50,244 nt of DNA, from IMG/VR virus record IMGVR_UViG_3300005663_000064, positions 1 to 50,244 of that record; one strand, given 5' to 3'. The notes below the pieces were generated by a model that was given only the letters and a program-made list of their open reading frames with translations, made no database searches and was not told the origin of the DNA. The first letter of the stretch is position 1. Each line of letters starts with the position of its first letter. Positions 9,321-17,975 of the stretch are shown one piece after another. The position numbers and the translations under genes were made by a program. The DNA comes from a virus. Its lineage: Duplodnaviria > Caudoviricetes.

Positions 9321-10754
9321 ATGGGATGGAGAACAGATAAAGCACTGACCGTTGCACAACTCAGCAACAATATGTCGGATAGTCTTGTGCCGGATACAAC
9401 TTACTGGCAAGCTTATGCTTATCAGCAGATTAAGAATATCCTCACTGGCATGGATAACCGGATACCTATAAGCGATGACTTTACTGACATCCCTACGGCT
9501 ATTGCCGATTCGGACGTTACAACCTTTGGTGGTCTTCTTCTTACAGGAGCAACTGACCTGGGCGATACTCCTGCCGATATTCCGAGTGACATGGCCTTCT
9601 CAGGTGTTGGTGCAATAACTGAGATTTCAAGTGATAACGATAAGAGGATATTCCAACAAAAAGCGTCTACCTCTCCTGATAGAGTTTCATTTCAGAATAT
9701 GGCCTTTGATGGCAATAGTACCGAAGCGTCTGGAGCCATTGTGCAACATGCTCATGCTATCGATATGTATCAATCAGGACAGACTTCGACTAATAACATT
9801 ATTGGCCCGAACATCTGGATAAAGGATGTTGGTGGCGATGGTGTTTACCTTCGAGAGTCGGATAAGAACATTGTCCACGCCCTAAATATAGATGTTAACA
9901 ACCAGGCAATAGGAGCTAATCTTAGAGGTCGCAATGGAATTGCCGTGACTGATGGCGACTCGCTTATCATTGCTAATTGTTATATAAGGAGAGCTGGTAA
10001 TGCCGGAATAGATTTAGAACCTAATGCAACTGAGGATATAAGTAGAGTTGTCATTAGTAACTGTGTTATAGAGGATAGCCTCTATGGAATAGCAATTCCT
10101 GGCGGGGCTGGAGCATCCCCTCCTATAAGTTATGTTTCTATAAGTAACTGCGTTATTAAAGTAGGGGATAAATCTGCTACAGGTTTTAACACCACTACCA
10201 TTGGTATAATTATTCAAGCTGCTGAGACGGTTTGCATGAGTAACATCTGGGTTGTTGGACAATCTGACCAAACTAAAAGTGGAACCGGTATATTTATTGA
10301 TAATGCTGATAGGGTTTATTTAAACAATGTTAACGTCACAAGGTGTGATAGAGGGCTTCAAATATTTTCTGATAATGGAACTAATGATTATATCTCGATA
10401 ATTGGTGGAGAGTTTTCAGAGAATCAAAAACATGGACTCTCATTAAATGGAAGTTCTGGCAATCATATTGGGAATCTTATTGTAAAAGGTGTTCAAATCT
10501 TTAATAATGATAACGGTGATACTGGATTTGATGGTATTCGTGTTGATTATTGTGATAATCTTATAGTTGATGGCTGTTTAGCTTTTGACGATCAAGGATC
10601 ACAAACTCAAGATCGAGGAATAACTGTTCAGAATAGTGGCAACGTGGTTATTTCAAATAATATTTGTTACGGCAATACGGTTTCTCAAATACAATTAAAT
10701 TCCAATACGACCAATGAGTACGGTCACAATATTGGTGCTATAAGCATAACATAG
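9321..10754 (+). CDS. Beta-helix tailspike / depolymerase-like protein
   Basis: GGDGVYL, RNGIAV, GIDLEPN and many ISNC/ISNN rungs. Confidence 0.8.
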   Translation: MGWRTDKALTVAQLSNNMSDSLVPDTTYWQAYAYQQIKNILTGMDNRIPISDDFTDIPTAIADSDVTTFGGLLLTGATDLGDTPADIPSDMAFSGVGAITEISSDNDKRIFQQKASTSPDRVSFQNMAFDGNSTEASGAIVQHAHAIDMYQSGQTSTNNIIGPNIWIKDVGGDGVYLRESDKNIVHALNIDVNNQAIGANLRGRNGIAVTDGDSLIIANCYIRRAGNAGIDLEPNATEDISRVVISNCVIEDSLYGIAIPGGAGASPPISYVSISNCVIKVGDKSATGFNTTTIGIIIQAAETVCMSNIWVVGQSDQTKSGTGIFIDNADRVYLNNVNVTRCDRGLQIFSDNGTNDYISIIGGEFSENQKHGLSLNGSSGNHIGNLIVKGVQIFNNDNGDTGFDGIRVDYCDNLIVDGCLAFDDQGSQTQDRGITVQNSGNVVISNNICYGNTVSQIQLNSNTTNEYGHNIGAISIT

Positions 10755-10762
10755 GAGATAAT

Positions 10763-11098
10763 ATGCAAAACCATAGTGCGTTTGCTGCTTCAAATGAAAC
10801 CTTAACGGCTACATCAGATGGTGTTGCCGCTTCGATATTACTTAGAACAACTTATATAGTGACTAACGATGACAACGATTTAGATAATATCACCTTAGCT
10901 AATGGCGTTATCGGAGATGAGAAGGTGTTCGCACTCAAGACTATCAATGCCGGTGATTCCGTGAAGATAACCCCTGCTTCAGCAAGTGGGTTTACGCAGA
11001 TTACCTTTGCTGATTCCGAAGTTGGGGACGGTTGTATTATGAGTTTTGATGGAACTTCCTGGCATATAGTGGCTAATAATGGAGGCACGATAGCATAA
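10763..11098 (+). CDS. Small beta-rich virion protein
   Basis: TLANG..G..K, GDGCIMSFDGTSW pattern typical of fibre/collar domains; RBS AGGAG. Confidence 0.5.
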   Translation: MQNHSAFAASNETLTATSDGVAASILLRTTYIVTNDDNDLDNITLANGVIGDEKVFALKTINAGDSVKITPASASGFTQITFADSEVGDGCIMSFDGTSWHIVANNGGTIA

Positions 11099-11283
11099 TG
11101 GCTACTAAGGTAAAAATACGAGACATGCAACTTAGGACTGCTCCGTCCTTTACCATAGCGGATTGGGTTACGATCGGAATCGAGATGATACCGCAGGATG
11201 GTGCTGAGAGTCCCCAGGGAGCAAAGTTCAAGGAGCAGGACGAGGATAACGTAACTTCGTCATCTTATGGAGATAGCGACTAA
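11098..11283 (+). CDS. Hypothetical protein
   Basis: TAATG-coupled on both sides. Confidence 0.5.
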   Translation: MATKVKIRDMQLRTAPSFTIADWVTIGIEMIPQDGAESPQGAKFKEQDEDNVTSSSYGDSD

Positions 11284-11810
11284 TGCCTAATGATCAATTA
11301 TTCTACTACGTTAGAGGTAATCTGCTCGGGATTGTTCCAACGCCCACTGAGAGCACGGCTTCTAAGGCAACGGGGACAGTCACAGTATCGAGTTCCACTT
11401 GCACAGACTCTTCAGCAGGCTTTGGCACTAATACGCTTATACAGGACTTAGTGGAGGTTAATGGAACGCTTCACATCATAGTCAGTAATACGGCGACTAC
11501 GTTCACCGTGGATGGAACGCCTACCGCCGGCACTTATACTATCTATAAGAAAGGTTTGGAGATATGGTATCTCAAACTTCCGAGTAACCTTACCTCTGAT
11601 TCTGACAGCCTTGCCGGTAACGAGATCGATCACTGGACTATGGTCTATGGTGTGATCTCAAGAGTGCTCGCCATGAACGGTCAACTTAATGAGTCTGAGT
11701 ATTACAGGCGCCTCTATGAGGATGGCAAGGAGAAGCGTAGGGTCGAGAAGGTGCGAGAAGCAGGGCCGTTGCATATACAACCTTGGAATATAAGGAGTGA
11801 TCTGAAATGA
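11283..11810 (+). CDS. Second adaptor-like protein, C-terminal half
   Basis: FYYVRGNLLGIVPTP..LEIWYLKLPSNL..DHWTMVYG parallels CYIF..DIWYIRRPKTL..FHWHIV of 8041-8694. Confidence 0.6.
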   Translation: MPNDQLFYYVRGNLLGIVPTPTESTASKATGTVTVSSSTCTDSSAGFGTNTLIQDLVEVNGTLHIIVSNTATTFTVDGTPTAGTYTIYKKGLEIWYLKLPSNLTSDSDSLAGNEIDHWTMVYGVISRVLAMNGQLNESEYYRRLYEDGKEKRRVEKVREAGPLHIQPWNIRSDLK

Positions 11811-12042
11811 GCGATAAATCTAATTTATGGAAACAACCAAAGATGTGTGGTGCTGGTGTTCCAGAGGGCAGTTACAGCGTTAAAGGAAGATTAGCCTGTT
11901 GGGAGGATTGTTGTAAGGCTTATTGTAGTAGTTGTTCTTTCTATATCAAGGATGATGTTTTAGTTGATGAGAAATTACTTTCAAGAGATTGGAATACGCC
12001 AGAAGAAGATAAAGCATGGAAACACTTATAAGGAGTGATCTG
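11789..12042 (+). repeat. Exact 16-bp direct repeat TATAAGGAGTGATCTG (11789-11804 and 12027-12042) containing the RBS
   Basis: Read directly from the sequence. Confidence 0.9.
11807..12031 (+). CDS. Small inserted ORF with DUF2281-antitoxin-like C-terminus
   Basis: Ends EKLLSRDWNTPEEDKAWKHL; bracketed by a 16-bp direct repeat. Confidence 0.5.
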   Translation: MSDKSNLWKQPKMCGAGVPEGSYSVKGRLACWEDCCKAYCSSCSFYIKDDVLVDEKLLSRDWNTPEEDKAWKHL

Positions 12043-12044
12043 GT

Positions 12045-12284
12045 ATGAAGTCAGAGAAACAGATAAAAGATTTTTTGAAGAAATGCTCTGACACTCCAAG
12101 AAGTTCCAATGGAATGTTGGCTGATAATTGTCCTATAGATGGGGAGCTTGGCTGTTGTGCTGAATGTTCATTCCCAAGTGGGCTTGAATGGGTATTAAAG
12201 TCTCAGTCATCTAAAATGAAACTTCCTATAGATGGATGGGAAACAACGGTATCCGATTATTGTGATAGTCACTTGAAGGTGTAA
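12045..12284 (+). CDS. Hypothetical Cys-rich protein
   Basis: Has its own RBS (second repeat copy); CCAEC motif. Confidence 0.55.
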   Translation: MKSEKQIKDFLKKCSDTPRSSNGMLADNCPIDGELGCCAECSFPSGLEWVLKSQSSKMKLPIDGWETTVSDYCDSHLKV

Positions 12285-14870
12285 ATGAAAATAGCAATTA
12301 AGAAATTCGGTGGATTAAACGATAACACGTCAATCACCGATATAGCGGATGTTCAGGCTGAGACTTGCGTTAACTTCGAGATAGCGAAGAAGTTCGGTAA
12401 GTTGGTTAAGCGTAACGGATTGACTGATAACTTCACATCCTATCCGTCTAACTGGACTATCGTATCCATGCATAAGATGGAGGTGACTAAGCCGTCTACG
12501 CAGACTATCTTCTTTGTCCATGCCACGGTCTCATCGGTGGATAAACTCTTTATCCGCCCTTATCTTGACTGGACAGGATCATGGATTGATGCTTGGCAGG
12601 AATTGACTGAAAGTGAGGAGGAACTTGTTGCTGATGGTTCGACAACTGCTACATCCCTGATAGATGCTGCCTTATCAAGTTCCACTAACGATTATTACAA
12701 CAATTGGGTTGTCTGCAACTGGACCCGTGGCAAGATGGGTTTAGTAGAAGATTATGTTGGTTCTACTAAAGTGCTTACTCTGAAAACTCCTGGTATAGCA
12801 AGTCAAGCAAGCGGTGATTCCTATTCAATTTATCGCCATCCACTATTCTTTAACTACCAAAATACTGTGACTGCTGATGCTGGAACATCGGGCACTACCC
12901 TTGTTGATGCTGCTAACTCAGGCTATACTGACAAATGCGAAACTGCTGCAAGAGCTGATGATTATTATAATGGATGGTCGTTGTTCTTTCCAGTTGGAGG
13001 AGAAGGCTCTACCTCAACGGTGGTTACTGACTTTGAAGCTCAACCTTATTCATGGTGGTCTAAGGTTGTCTACACTCTCACCGCTGATATAGGCATAACT
13101 GACGGTGCTGATTTCTTCGGTTTCAAGCGGACACGAACTCTGAACATAGATAGCGTTAGACTGTTTCAGAAATCTAATGAGGCAACAATAACTACCGGAT
13201 CAAGCAAATCATATCCAACTCAGTTTCCTATGTGGTTTGGATATATTAAGAAATATAGTTACTTTCTCAATTCGGTAACATCAATTGCTGGATACTATTT
13301 ATACCCATCTGTGCTTGACGCTCCCGATGATGTGATTATAAATAATACAAGCACTCCCGTTGGCGATCTTGGAGAATCCTACGATGCTGTTTTCCAAGTT
13401 AGATGTGCCTACCGTTATCATGGGGGTCAGATTGGGCCTTTAACATCGCTTGATAGAGCCTATCAACATGAAGAAGCTATTACTGGTGGGGCATCGGAGG
13501 ATTTTAGAGTTAATATTCAGGTTGGTCTTGTCAATGCAAGGTCTATGAGATTTAGTCAAATGCTCGATCTTAGAGTGAAGTCTGTGCTTATTTATATTAG
13601 AATTATCGAAACAACTGTTGATTATCTCAAAAATCGAGGCATCTTTTACTTTGTTACAGAATTACCAATAAGAGGAGATGCTAATCAAGAAATAACTTGG
13701 AGCGGAACTGATGTTTATACGTATAACTACGATCTTACCGCTTCTAAATGGACAAACAAAGGGCCTTCTTACGAAGATCATTCCGGAATGCCTTATGACA
13801 GCAGTCTCAGAACTACCCAGATGAACTATCGTCATAGGCTCGACCTTACTACCCGATCTGTGGTTGCCAATATCAATATAGATGCTCAAGAACCAGAGAA
13901 CCTTGCTTATTCTACTATTACTGGAAATGGTGATTTCTCATTTGATGTTCATCCTCCACTTAACACTGTTCCACTTGCCAAATATGGAGCCACTGATATT
14001 AAGGGTTTACGAAATCTACTTGACAGGGTTGTCGTGTTGGACAGGGATGTCATTATTAAATTAGCAATATCGTCTGCCGCTAACTTTTCTTTCAACATAG
14101 AGGATGCTATACCAGGCAAGGGCTGTGGTGCTGAGTTGACCGTAGCCGATGTGTCCGGCTTCATCTTCTATTACTCACCCAAAGTTGGTGTCTGCGTATA
14201 CGATGGTAATAACATCACCGTTATAAGTGATCTGTTTAATTCGTCTATACAGCGGACTCTAAATGCGATTACTACTACGTCTTACCATGAAAATGCTGTA
14301 GGATGGTATTATCCACGAATGAGGCAATACTGGCTGCATATTCAATCAGCAACTTCGACTTACCGAACATTTGTTTACCAGATGTTTGAACGATTTAGTA
14401 TTTATGAAGGTGTGTGGATTGAGTTTTCTTTTCCTAACCAACTTCTAAGTGGATTCGTGGACAGAGTTGGTGATCTCTTTGTTGCTACTTCTACTGAAAT
14501 ATACAAAGCTGATAGCACGGCTACTGATGACGATGGAACGGACATAGTTCCTCAATGGAAGTCTAAGATACTTCAGCCGGTCAATGACAAGATAGCTCAT
14601 TTTTCCGAGATCATCTCATTTTATAAGTCCAATACAGCTCTGGATATTAACTTCTATTTAGATAGATCATCCACGGCGATATCGTTTAATAATGAGAACT
14701 GGCCTGCCAAGACAACGGAGGGGAAGGCTCAGAATAAGTTACCACTCGCTACCGTTGGGAAGTATGGTCAGTTAGAGGTGACACTGGTATCTGGTGTTCA
14801 GGCTACCAATACATCGGTGGAAGTTGATGAATTAGATGTTATGTTCTATGAAATGGAGGAACGGCGGTGA
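12285..14870 (+). CDS. Tail nozzle / head-closure (stabilisation) protein
   Basis: FGGLN..NFEI..GKLVKRNG start, GKGC..FIFY..GVCVYDG beta-propeller-like region, WKSK C-terminal domain. Confidence 0.75.
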   Translation: MKIAIKKFGGLNDNTSITDIADVQAETCVNFEIAKKFGKLVKRNGLTDNFTSYPSNWTIVSMHKMEVTKPSTQTIFFVHATVSSVDKLFIRPYLDWTGSWIDAWQELTESEEELVADGSTTATSLIDAALSSSTNDYYNNWVVCNWTRGKMGLVEDYVGSTKVLTLKTPGIASQASGDSYSIYRHPLFFNYQNTVTADAGTSGTTLVDAANSGYTDKCETAARADDYYNGWSLFFPVGGEGSTSTVVTDFEAQPYSWWSKVVYTLTADIGITDGADFFGFKRTRTLNIDSVRLFQKSNEATITTGSSKSYPTQFPMWFGYIKKYSYFLNSVTSIAGYYLYPSVLDAPDDVIINNTSTPVGDLGESYDAVFQVRCAYRYHGGQIGPLTSLDRAYQHEEAITGGASEDFRVNIQVGLVNARSMRFSQMLDLRVKSVLIYIRIIETTVDYLKNRGIFYFVTELPIRGDANQEITWSGTDVYTYNYDLTASKWTNKGPSYEDHSGMPYDSSLRTTQMNYRHRLDLTTRSVVANINIDAQEPENLAYSTITGNGDFSFDVHPPLNTVPLAKYGATDIKGLRNLLDRVVVLDRDVIIKLAISSAANFSFNIEDAIPGKGCGAELTVADVSGFIFYYSPKVGVCVYDGNNITVISDLFNSSIQRTLNAITTTSYHENAVGWYYPRMRQYWLHIQSATSTYRTFVYQMFERFSIYEGVWIEFSFPNQLLSGFVDRVGDLFVATSTEIYKADSTATDDDGTDIVPQWKSKILQPVNDKIAHFSEIISFYKSNTALDINFYLDRSSTAISFNNENWPAKTTEGKAQNKLPLATVGKYGQLEVTLVSGVQATNTSVEVDELDVMFYEMEERR

Positions 14871-15355
14871 GTAAACAGACCTTTCCTGAGACTCTATCTT
14901 TACCTGTCCGATTAGTTGGAGACGAATCACAAGAAGAACTTGTGAAGAAACTCACCGCTGACTTTAACTATGTTCTATCTAAGATGAATGAACTAAACTT
15001 AAGAGAGACCGACCTTGAAACCGGTTCTGTGGGCGGAACTGAGTCTACTGTTGGGCCACATTCTCATGATGTTACTGAGATAGTGGCTAACACCAAGATA
15101 TTCAATGCGAACGGCACTACGAGAGTGGATACCGAGGAAACGTTATTTGAGGATATTATCAGGTTCTACGTGAACGGTACTCAGGAAGCTCAGATGGATT
15201 TGAACGGATTAACGCTTAAGACAGGTGCGAGTATAAATGAATTTAGCATTGATGGCACGATGGCTGGTGATAGCGATGATGCAGTTCCAACTGAACAGGC
15301 GGTAAAAGAATTTGGAGATTTTAATAGACGTTACGCTTTCTTGGTAGGTTGTTGA
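14867..15355 (+). CDS. Tail-associated protein
   Basis: INEFSIDGTMAGDSDDAVPTEQAVK motif, a repeat type seen in fibre proteins. Confidence 0.5.
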   Translation: MSKQTFPETLSLPVRLVGDESQEELVKKLTADFNYVLSKMNELNLRETDLETGSVGGTESTVGPHSHDVTEIVANTKIFNANGTTRVDTEETLFEDIIRFYVNGTQEAQMDLNGLTLKTGASINEFSIDGTMAGDSDDAVPTEQAVKEFGDFNRRYAFLVGC

Positions 15356-15356
15356 T

Positions 15357-15692
15357 ATGACAATAACTGAGAAACAACTTGGGCAGGCAAGGGAGAATAG
15401 CACAAATGCTGTTAGCGTGTATAGTCCTGGTGCATCCACTAATACGATCATTAAAACGATTGTGCTTTGCAACACAAGTGGAGCAAGTGCTACATATAGA
15501 TTGTTTTGCGATGATAACGGAACTACATATACCGAGGTAACTGCGTTAGCTTGGGATGTTGTGTTACCAGCAGATTCAGTTGTTCAGATAGATGGATTTA
15601 TAACTATGAATGATGCAACAGGAAACTTTGCATATAGATCAAGTGTGGCTAATGCAATTACAATTACTTTATTTGGAGCAGAAATAACATAA
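15357..15692 (+). CDS. Small virion protein
   Basis: VYSP..TIIKTIVLCN..ITITLFGAEI beta-sandwich pattern. Confidence 0.55.
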   Translation: MTITEKQLGQARENSTNAVSVYSPGASTNTIIKTIVLCNTSGASATYRLFCDDNGTTYTEVTALAWDVVLPADSVVQIDGFITMNDATGNFAYRSSVANAITITLFGAEIT

Positions 15693-16537
15693 TGCCTATT
15701 ACAATGATACAGCCGGCTACCCAATTAATCGATGAGAATGGAACTCCTTACGGAGTGAAGCACGTAGGTAATAAACCTCGTGTAAGTGCTATGCCATATA
15801 CATTTGACATTGCAGAAGGTAATGTGCCTAATCATACAGCGGTTAATAAGTTCGGCCAGAACGTCACTGTTGGAGCTACCTTAGAGGATGTATGGGATTA
15901 TAGTGCTGCCTACGAATATCTTGCTGACGATACTTTTGCTACGATGTATATCAGTTCTGATGATGAGCTTAGCGATGTGGGATTAACATTTAGTGTTACC
16001 GGTATAGATAGTGACTATAATTACTCAACTGTTACCGGCACGTTACACGCTGTTGACGCTCGAACAATGGTAGCAATAACCTCCGGTGCTGCCGATAATA
16101 AATGGTGGAGGATATTTAGAATTATCAACACATCCGGAACACCTGTTTCAGGAAATATATATGTTAGTAAAGACAACACTGATGCTGGGGGAAATGGAAT
16201 CCCTGATGATACAGATGATATTCAAGCCCAAGCTATAATAGGAAATGATCAAACATTGATGGCCTTATGGTCTTGCCCTGTTGGCAACACTGCTTTCTTG
16301 ACTCACTTTTTTGCGTCAACATCATCCAATAAGGTTACATCAGTTGAATTATTTGTTAGACCTTTCGGAGGCGTTTTCAATGTTAAAGCTGCTCTGAGCA
16401 TAAATCAAGGACACATGATTCATCAGTATGATTTTCCAGTTGTTATCTCAGCCAAAAGCGATGTTAAGATAATGGCGAGTGCTGTTGGTGGTGGAGGAAT
16501 TGTCTCGGCTGGATTTGATTTATGGTTTGAAACTTAA
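15692..16537 (+). CDS. Putative virion structural protein
   Basis: IAEG..H..VNKFG.N..EDVW and VSAGFDL, a pattern typical of environmental phage structural ORFs. Confidence 0.5.
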   Translation: MPITMIQPATQLIDENGTPYGVKHVGNKPRVSAMPYTFDIAEGNVPNHTAVNKFGQNVTVGATLEDVWDYSAAYEYLADDTFATMYISSDDELSDVGLTFSVTGIDSDYNYSTVTGTLHAVDARTMVAITSGAADNKWWRIFRIINTSGTPVSGNIYVSKDNTDAGGNGIPDDTDDIQAQAIIGNDQTLMALWSCPVGNTAFLTHFFASTSSNKVTSVELFVRPFGGVFNVKAALSINQGHMIHQYDFPVVISAKSDVKIMASAVGGGGIVSAGFDLWFET

Positions 16538-16553
16538 GGATTAGGAGATTGAT

Positions 16554-17081
16554 ATGTCAAACGGAATAGGATTTTCAGGAGGAAACTTCGGTAACATGCA
16601 AGCACCATCTCAAACGAGTTTGTTTGGGCCAAGAGCCTTCACGCCGTTTGAGAGTCCGAAGAAGATAGGACAGTTATTCGGCAAGGTCGGAGGTGCTGCC
16701 GGTGTGTTGACGGCATTAGGATCGTTGCTTGGCTTTGCACGGCAGGGGTTTCCTGAATTCAACTTGCCTGAACAGCAGTTTGGAGCTGGTGAAGCTCGCC
16801 AGATAGCGTCAAGGTTTGGCACTCAGCTTAAACAGGCGGGTGCAAGTTCGCTTGAACGAACTGGCCTGGAAACTCCATCGAGATTCCTTGGGGTTCAGGC
16901 ACGGGCTGGCACTGAGCAAGCCGGATTACTTGCCAATCTACTTAGGCAGGTTGACCAGATGTCTCTGCAACGGTCAATGGCAGAATTTCAGGCTAAGGCA
17001 TTGAAACAACAGAACAAAACGAATGTGTTATCAGGTATAGCCGATATATCAGGCTTAGTTGGTGCTGGATTATTACTATAG
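16554..17081 (+). CDS. Putative ejection / internal virion protein
   Basis: G/A/Q-rich with hydrophobic GG-rich segments; first of three successively larger ORFs. Confidence 0.55.
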   Translation: MSNGIGFSGGNFGNMQAPSQTSLFGPRAFTPFESPKKIGQLFGKVGGAAGVLTALGSLLGFARQGFPEFNLPEQQFGAGEARQIASRFGTQLKQAGASSLERTGLETPSRFLGVQARAGTEQAGLLANLLRQVDQMSLQRSMAEFQAKALKQQNKTNVLSGIADISGLVGAGLLL

Positions 17082-17090
17082 AGGTTAATC

Positions 17091-17975
17091 ATGGCTGACA
17101 GATTTGCACCTGGACTTACAGGATTGTTACAGAACATAGCCTTACAGAAGTTGCAAGAGAGGTCGAGAGAGCGTGACCCTATGCGACAGTTGGAGCTGTT
17201 ACAGTTACAGCAACAAATACAGCAAAAGGCTGAGGCGTTTCCCCTTACAAAGCGGGCACAGCAAGAGAAGATCAAGGCTGACATTGCCGGAGAGAAGAGG
17301 AAGAAGAAAGAATTTCCTATATCAATAAGGAAAGCTCGGGCTGGTGCTGAACAAGCTGATATAATTCTCCAACAGCAGGAAATAGAACTTGATAAGACCG
17401 CTCGGACTCAGGAAGAAGAAGTTAAAAGATTCCAAGAGAAGGAGCGATTCTTAACCGATGAAAGGATACGGTTAAAGGAAGTGCCGTCTATAATCAAACA
17501 TCTCTCCACGGACAAGGCAACCGGCAAGACTACATTCCCTGCTATTCCTGAGAATACAAGACAGGCTATGATGAGTCAGATGTTTGAACAGATCAAGACT
17601 GAACTTGGACAGGTTAAGGGTGAGGGATTTCTTGGTTTCTTTGGCTTGGACAAAGGCACTGGTGTGATAGAGGAAGAGGATCTTAATGAGATGCTTAATA
17701 CCGGCAACTTTCCTCCCGGGTTAACGCCGAGAGCAGTTACCCTTATCAATTCTTATAAGCTTATGAGAGATAGGGCTGACATTCCAGCGAGAATGTCTAA
17801 CGCTCCGACTGAGGTTCAGGAAGTTCTGAAAGGAACTCTATCAGCATTAGCTCTTACAGGTAAGCAACCTCAAGGACTTACCGAGCAAGAGCAGATTAAT
17901 ATTCAAGCTCATATAGATGATGGAATTAGCAAAGAAAAAGCTACTCAAATAGAATTAGATAGAAGGAAGAAATAG
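17091..17975 (+). CDS. Putative ejection protein
   Basis: Q/E/K-rich coiled-coil composition and position. Confidence 0.5.
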   Translation: MADRFAPGLTGLLQNIALQKLQERSRERDPMRQLELLQLQQQIQQKAEAFPLTKRAQQEKIKADIAGEKRKKKEFPISIRKARAGAEQADIILQQQEIELDKTARTQEEEVKRFQEKERFLTDERIRLKEVPSIIKHLSTDKATGKTTFPAIPENTRQAMMSQMFEQIKTELGQVKGEGFLGFFGLDKGTGVIEEEDLNEMLNTGNFPPGLTPRAVTLINSYKLMRDRADIPARMSNAPTEVQEVLKGTLSALALTGKQPQGLTEQEQINIQAHIDDGISKEKATQIELDRRKK

